Of a DNA stretch of 64,000 nucleotides, positions 60,148 through 64,000 are shown in pieces. The stretch covers positions 4,295 to 68,294 of the forward strand of contig DDZV01000044.1 in NCBI GenBank assembly GCA_002346475.1, given 5' to 3'. Both the position numbers and the translations under genes were made by a program. The DNA is from Acidobacteria bacterium UBA2999 (GTDB taxonomy: Bacteria; Acidobacteriota; Vicinamibacteria; Vicinamibacterales; UBA2999). The notes beneath the pieces were generated by a model, which was not told the DNA's origin, did not search any database, and worked only from the letters and a program-made list of their open reading frames with translations. The number at the start of each line of letters is the position of its first letter. Position 1 is the stretch's first letter.

Positions 60148-61743
60148 ATGTCAAAACAGGCCGAACGCTTAGAAGAACTACAGAAAGCTGGAATTCTTGA
60201 AGTCAAAAAAGCTTATTGGAATTTAAATGAGCCAGAGCTATATGAGGAAGCAATTCGCCGGGGAGAAGGCATTATTGCCGCCGAAGGTCCAATAGTTTGT
60301 ACTACCGGTTCGAATACAGGGCGTTCGCCGAACGATAAGTTTACGGTCCGAGAACCCTCAAGTGAAAAAAATATTCATTGGGGCAATGTGAACAAGGACA
60401 TTGACGCTAAGAGTTTTGACTTGCTCCACACAGACATTGTGAGCTATTTGGCTGACAAGGAGGTTTTTGTTCTTGATGGCTGGGCGGGGGCCGATTCCAA
60501 CTATCGTCTTCCTATTCGCGTTGTAAACGAACTTGCCTGGAACAATCTTTTTGCCAGAAATATGTTTATTGCAGAATCGGATCCTGCGCTACTAGCCAAA
60601 CATCAACCAGAGTTTACTGTGATTTCTGCGCCAGGTTTCAAGGCTGATCCAAAGAGACACCAGACAAAATCAGATGTTTTTATCGTAGTGCACTTTGGAC
60701 GTAAGTTGGTTCTTGTAGGTGGCACCAGCTATGCAGGAGAAGTAAAAAAATCAATTTTTAGTGTGATGAATTACTTGCTTCCACTTAAGGGTGTACTTTC
60801 AATGCATTGTTCAGCCAATATCGGCCCTGACGGTGACACTGCATTATTCTTTGGACTTTCTGGTACTGGAAAAACCACTCTTTCCAGCGATCCCAATCGC
60901 CGTTTAATTGGAGACGATGAGCATGGTTGGAGCGATACTGGGGTATTCAATTTTGAAGGTGGTTGTTACGCAAAGGTGATCAAGCTTTCGTCAGAGGCTG
61001 AACCACAAATCTATGCTACGACTCGACGGTTTGGAACAATCCTTGAGAATGTTGTTGTTGATTCAAATAGGAATCTAGATTTAGACAATGATTCATTGAC
61101 TGAAAATACGCGTGGTTCTTATCCGATATCTTTTATTGATAATGCTGTTGCGTCTGGTCAAGGTGGACACCCGACTAACATTGTTATGTTGACTGCAGAT
61201 GCCTACGGCGTTTTACCGCCTATTGCGCGTCTTACACCTGATGGCGCTGCGTACCACTTCCTTTCTGGCTATACTGCAAAAGTTGCAGGAACTGAACGTG
61301 GTGTTACTGAGCCAAAAGCGGCATTTAGCACATGTTTTGGGGCACCATTCCTTCCGCTTAATCCAAATATATATGCAGAGTTGCTTACTGAGAAGATCGC
61401 TGCTCATAATGCGCGTGTTTGGTTAGTTAATACCGGATGGACGGGGGGCGCTTATGGCACAGGCTCACGAATGTCAATTGCGCATACGCGTGCCATGATC
61501 ACAGCAGCTTTGACTGGTGCATTAGATCAGGTTGACTACCAGACGCATGAAATCTTTAATTTTGATGTGCCGAAATCTTGCCCGAATGTTCCAGTAAAAA
61601 TTCTAGACCCGCGTGGAACATGGGCAGACCCGAGTGCTTATGATAAACAAGCTCACGAACTTGCGGCAATGTTTGTAAAGAACTTTGAAAAATTTAAGAA
61701 AGACGTTTCTCCAGCTGTTGTTTCTGCTGGGCCGAAGATGTGA
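60148..61743 (+). CDS. pckA: phosphoenolpyruvate carboxykinase (ATP)
   Basis: GRSPNDKF, kinase-1a GLSGTGKTTLS, IGDDEHGW. Confidence 0.95.
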   Translation: MSKQAERLEELQKAGILEVKKAYWNLNEPELYEEAIRRGEGIIAAEGPIVCTTGSNTGRSPNDKFTVREPSSEKNIHWGNVNKDIDAKSFDLLHTDIVSYLADKEVFVLDGWAGADSNYRLPIRVVNELAWNNLFARNMFIAESDPALLAKHQPEFTVISAPGFKADPKRHQTKSDVFIVVHFGRKLVLVGGTSYAGEVKKSIFSVMNYLLPLKGVLSMHCSANIGPDGDTALFFGLSGTGKTTLSSDPNRRLIGDDEHGWSDTGVFNFEGGCYAKVIKLSSEAEPQIYATTRRFGTILENVVVDSNRNLDLDNDSLTENTRGSYPISFIDNAVASGQGGHPTNIVMLTADAYGVLPPIARLTPDGAAYHFLSGYTAKVAGTERGVTEPKAAFSTCFGAPFLPLNPNIYAELLTEKIAAHNARVWLVNTGWTGGAYGTGSRMSIAHTRAMITAALTGALDQVDYQTHEIFNFDVPKSCPNVPVKILDPRGTWADPSAYDKQAHELAAMFVKNFEKFKKDVSPAVVSAGPKM

Positions 61744-63185
61744 GTTACGAAACAGTCATCGGGCTTGAAATTCACGCCCAGCTCCGAACACAGACAAAAA
61801 TATTTTGTGGGTGTAGCACTGAATTTGGTGCTACGCCTAATTCTCAAGTGTGCCCAGTTTGTTTAGGATTACCTGGAGCGTTACCTGTACTTAACCGACA
61901 TGCTGTAGATTTAGCCATTAAGGCGGCGCTGGCTTTAGGTTGTGAGATTCAAGACCTTTCAATCTTTGCTAGAAAAAATTATTTTTATCCTGATCTCCCG
62001 AAGGGATATCAAATCTCACAATATGAACAGCCTTTAGCATTAAAAGGTTTAGTTAGATTTGATGTTAGTGGTCACTCGCGGTCTGTTGGAATTACACGTG
62101 TTCATATGGAAGAGGATGCAGGAAAATCACTTCACGAAGGTTTCAGTAGTTCCGAGTTCTGTACTTACCTTGATTTTAATAGGAGCGGAGTGCCGTTAGT
62201 TGAGATTGTTACTGAGCCAGAGATGCGTTCTTCTGACGAGGCCGCTGCCTTTTTTACCTGGTTGAGAGACATGCTTGTTTGGCTTGGCGTAAACGATGGC
62301 AACATGGAAGAAGGTAGTCTAAGATGCGATGCTAATGTATCAATAAGGCCAGTTGGTCAATCGTCGCTAGGAACAAAGGTTGAAGTTAAAAACATCAATT
62401 CTTTCCGCTATCTTCAAAAAGCTCTTAACTACGAAGTTGATCGTCAGATTGATGTTGTAGATAAAGGAGAGGCTATACAGCAAGAAACACGTCTTTGGGA
62501 TTCTGCCGGCTCCCGCACATTGTCAATGCGTAGCAAGGAAGAAGCTCATGATTATCGTTATTTCCCCGAACCGGACCTTCCGCCCTTGGTTACTGATACT
62601 GAGCGTGTAGCGGCTGTTCGAGCGACGATGCCAGAGCTTCCAGACGCGCGGCGACTCAGATTTATCAAAGAATATGGAATTCCAGAATATGATGCTGGAG
62701 TGTTGACCCAAACTGTTGAGCTAGCTGATTATTTTGAGGAGACAGTTGCTGCAGGTGTGAGTGGCAAGGGTGCTAGTAATTGGATTATGGGTGAGTTGCT
62801 TCGCATTATTAAAGAGAACAACGTAGAGATTGGAAGCGTTTCATTAAAACCCAATGCTCTAGCTGGACTCATTGCTTTGATTGAAAAGGGTGTTATTAGC
62901 AGTTCGACCGCAAAAGACGTATTTGGAAAGATGTATGAGTCTAACCAGCCAGCTTCTGAAATTGTTGAGCGTGAGGGGCTTGCTCAAATTGGTGACAAAG
63001 AGTCACTTCATAAAATTGTATGTAAAACTATTGATGCAAATGCAGACGCAGTGACGCAATATCAAGCTGGGAAGCATGTGGCATTGGGGTTTTTGATAGG
63101 CCAAGTGATGAAGGCTAGTCAAGGCAAAGCTAATCCAAAGCTTGTCAATGAGTTGCTTAAAGAAGAGTTAGGCAAGAATTTTTAG
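61740..63185 (+). CDS. gatB: Asp-tRNA(Asn)/Glu-tRNA(Gln) amidotransferase subunit B
   Basis: YETVIGLEIHAQL, CPVCLGLPGALP, RVHMEEDAGK; GTG start overlapping the pckA stop. Confidence 0.95.
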   Translation: MSYETVIGLEIHAQLRTQTKIFCGCSTEFGATPNSQVCPVCLGLPGALPVLNRHAVDLAIKAALALGCEIQDLSIFARKNYFYPDLPKGYQISQYEQPLALKGLVRFDVSGHSRSVGITRVHMEEDAGKSLHEGFSSSEFCTYLDFNRSGVPLVEIVTEPEMRSSDEAAAFFTWLRDMLVWLGVNDGNMEEGSLRCDANVSIRPVGQSSLGTKVEVKNINSFRYLQKALNYEVDRQIDVVDKGEAIQQETRLWDSAGSRTLSMRSKEEAHDYRYFPEPDLPPLVTDTERVAAVRATMPELPDARRLRFIKEYGIPEYDAGVLTQTVELADYFEETVAAGVSGKGASNWIMGELLRIIKENNVEIGSVSLKPNALAGLIALIEKGVISSSTAKDVFGKMYESNQPASEIVEREGLAQIGDKESLHKIVCKTIDANADAVTQYQAGKHVALGFLIGQVMKASQGKANPKLVNELLKEELGKNF

Positions 63186-63216
63186 AACTCGAACTAATTT
63201 GCTAAGTTCAATAAAG

Positions 63217-63275
63217 AAAGCCTGTTTTCCAAAGGCGAGAAGGAAAGCATTTTTCTAAACTAGACAGGCTTTTTA
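63217..63275 (+). terminator. possible branched or long-loop terminator after gatB
   Basis: A 9-bp stem AAAGCCTGT / ACAGGCTTT encloses an inner TTTCC/GGAAA hairpin and is followed by a T-run. The loop is unusually long for an intrinsic terminator. Confidence 0.3.
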
Positions 63276-63282
63276 GTAACTA

Positions 63283-63642
63283 TTGACAGTTGCTGTCTTT
63301 GCTGATTACACTCAGGTTGGTTTTTATTTGTCGTTACAAACATTACCGGGGCAATCGTCACATAGTGTTTTTAGTTCTCGTCCAAAGGGCGATTGTGATG
63401 CTGTGTACAATTTTTACCGAGAAGAATTTTTCCGCTGTCAGCGTTGTCTAGAGGCTCAGCGTGAATACTATTCGGAAACAACTATTCAGGATGTTGAGCG
63501 GGTTTTGATGCTCATCATGGCGAAGCTTGAAAGTCTTTGTACAAGCTCTGATACAAGCCACCAAGTTCTTGATCGTCTCCTTCATCAATTTAATATAGTC
63601 ACCGGCTCCTCTACCTGGTCTGAACCACGACAGGTTAACTAA
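63283..63642 (+). CDS. hypothetical protein (doubtful ORF, TTG start, no SD)
   Basis: Only a long open frame with plausible composition (…FFRCQRCLEAQREYY…LMLIMAKLESL…). No motif recognised. Confidence 0.3.
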   Translation: MTVAVFADYTQVGFYLSLQTLPGQSSHSVFSSRPKGDCDAVYNFYREEFFRCQRCLEAQREYYSETTIQDVERVLMLIMAKLESLCTSSDTSHQVLDRLLHQFNIVTGSSTWSEPRQVN

Positions 63643-63671
63643 CACTGACCCTCCTTGATCTCCGCCACGAT

Positions 63672-64000
63672 GTGTTGGCGATTATATCTTCAGCAATTGT
63701 TGCAGCTGACGCGCGCACCCTTATTGAGACTTCCTTAGCAGACGTTAGCTTACGTCGTCGACTGGTAGATTCTTCTGCTTTAGATGTAATTTCCGTTGGG
63801 AAAGCAGCAGACGGCATGCTGGCTGGAGTTCAGGCAGTTTCTCTGAAACCACTACGTCGTGTAATTGGTATAGGTATAAATAGCAGGCCCGTACAGTCTT
63901 CTGATGTTGAGTGGTATAGAGGGTCTCATCCAATTCCAGGAGAGAATAGTGTTAGGGCAGCCAAGCGTGCAATGGAGATTGCTAGTCTGAGCCGTCCGGA
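63672..64000 (+). CDS. glycerate 2-kinase / hydroxypyruvate reductase family (DUF4147-MOFRL), N-terminal part; 3' end off-window
   Basis: Manual translation gives ...LAIISSAIVAADARTLIETSL...VISVGKAADGMLAGV...YRGSHPIPGENSVRAAKRAMEIA, matching the family blocks avGKAa..Ma and aGHPvPdenS. Start is uncertain (GTG 63672, TTG 63675 or upstream CTG 63645); the frame opens after TAA 63636-63638. Confidence 0.65.
   Translation, partial: MLAIISSAIVAADARTLIETSLADVSLRRRLVDSSALDVISVGKAADGMLAGVQAVSLKPLRRVIGIGINSRPVQSSDVEWYRGSHPIPGENSVRAAKRAMEIASLSRP

Noticed and set aside
63448-63933. Minus-strand ORFs 63448-63645, 63635-63817 and 63745-63933
   Set aside because: The latter two are antisense to the motif-supported glycerate-kinase-family CDS. 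The first has no motif or SD and overlaps the equally doubtful + strand ORF.

Overview
Gene-dense chromosomal window from a diderm (Gram-negative-type) bacterium. Lineage cannot be assigned from sequence alone; the DUF1587/DUF1592 haem protein, Cys-type CcmE, long-form IspH and exported ankyrin protein suggest an uncultured environmental or host-associated group. Content is mostly housekeeping: recA, ligA, metG, aroA/aroK, dapF, dtd, bioBFDA, pckA, gatB, ispH, pgi, folK, a Glu/Leu/Phe/Val dehydrogenase and a thiolase, plus a type-A RNase P RNA and tRNA-Leu(UAA). I saw no CRISPR array, transposase, integrase, phage gene, reverse transcriptase or recognisable defence/toxin-antitoxin module. Four things deserve a second look. 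(1) A variant System I cytochrome c maturation cluster (15155-22428) has a CcmE carrying CxxxY instead of HxxxY, a CcmF fused to a CcmH-like domain, no CcmG or TPR-CcmI, and two uncharacterised membrane proteins between ccmF and ccmA that carry CcmI-like cytoplasmic zipper modules. (2) Six consecutive same-strand genes (862-9165) all encode signal-peptide proteins: ankyrin, a CxxCH protein, three beta-propellers and an MBL-like protein. (3) A divergent iron locus (38116-40548) holds a tandem YjbQ-like protein, a Fur-family-like 7-1-7 box, bacterioferritin, a 4Fe-4S ferredoxin and a Cys-rich mini-protein. (4) Several palindromes and tandem repeats lie in intergenic regions. All functional calls rest on motif recognition by eye; no database search was run.
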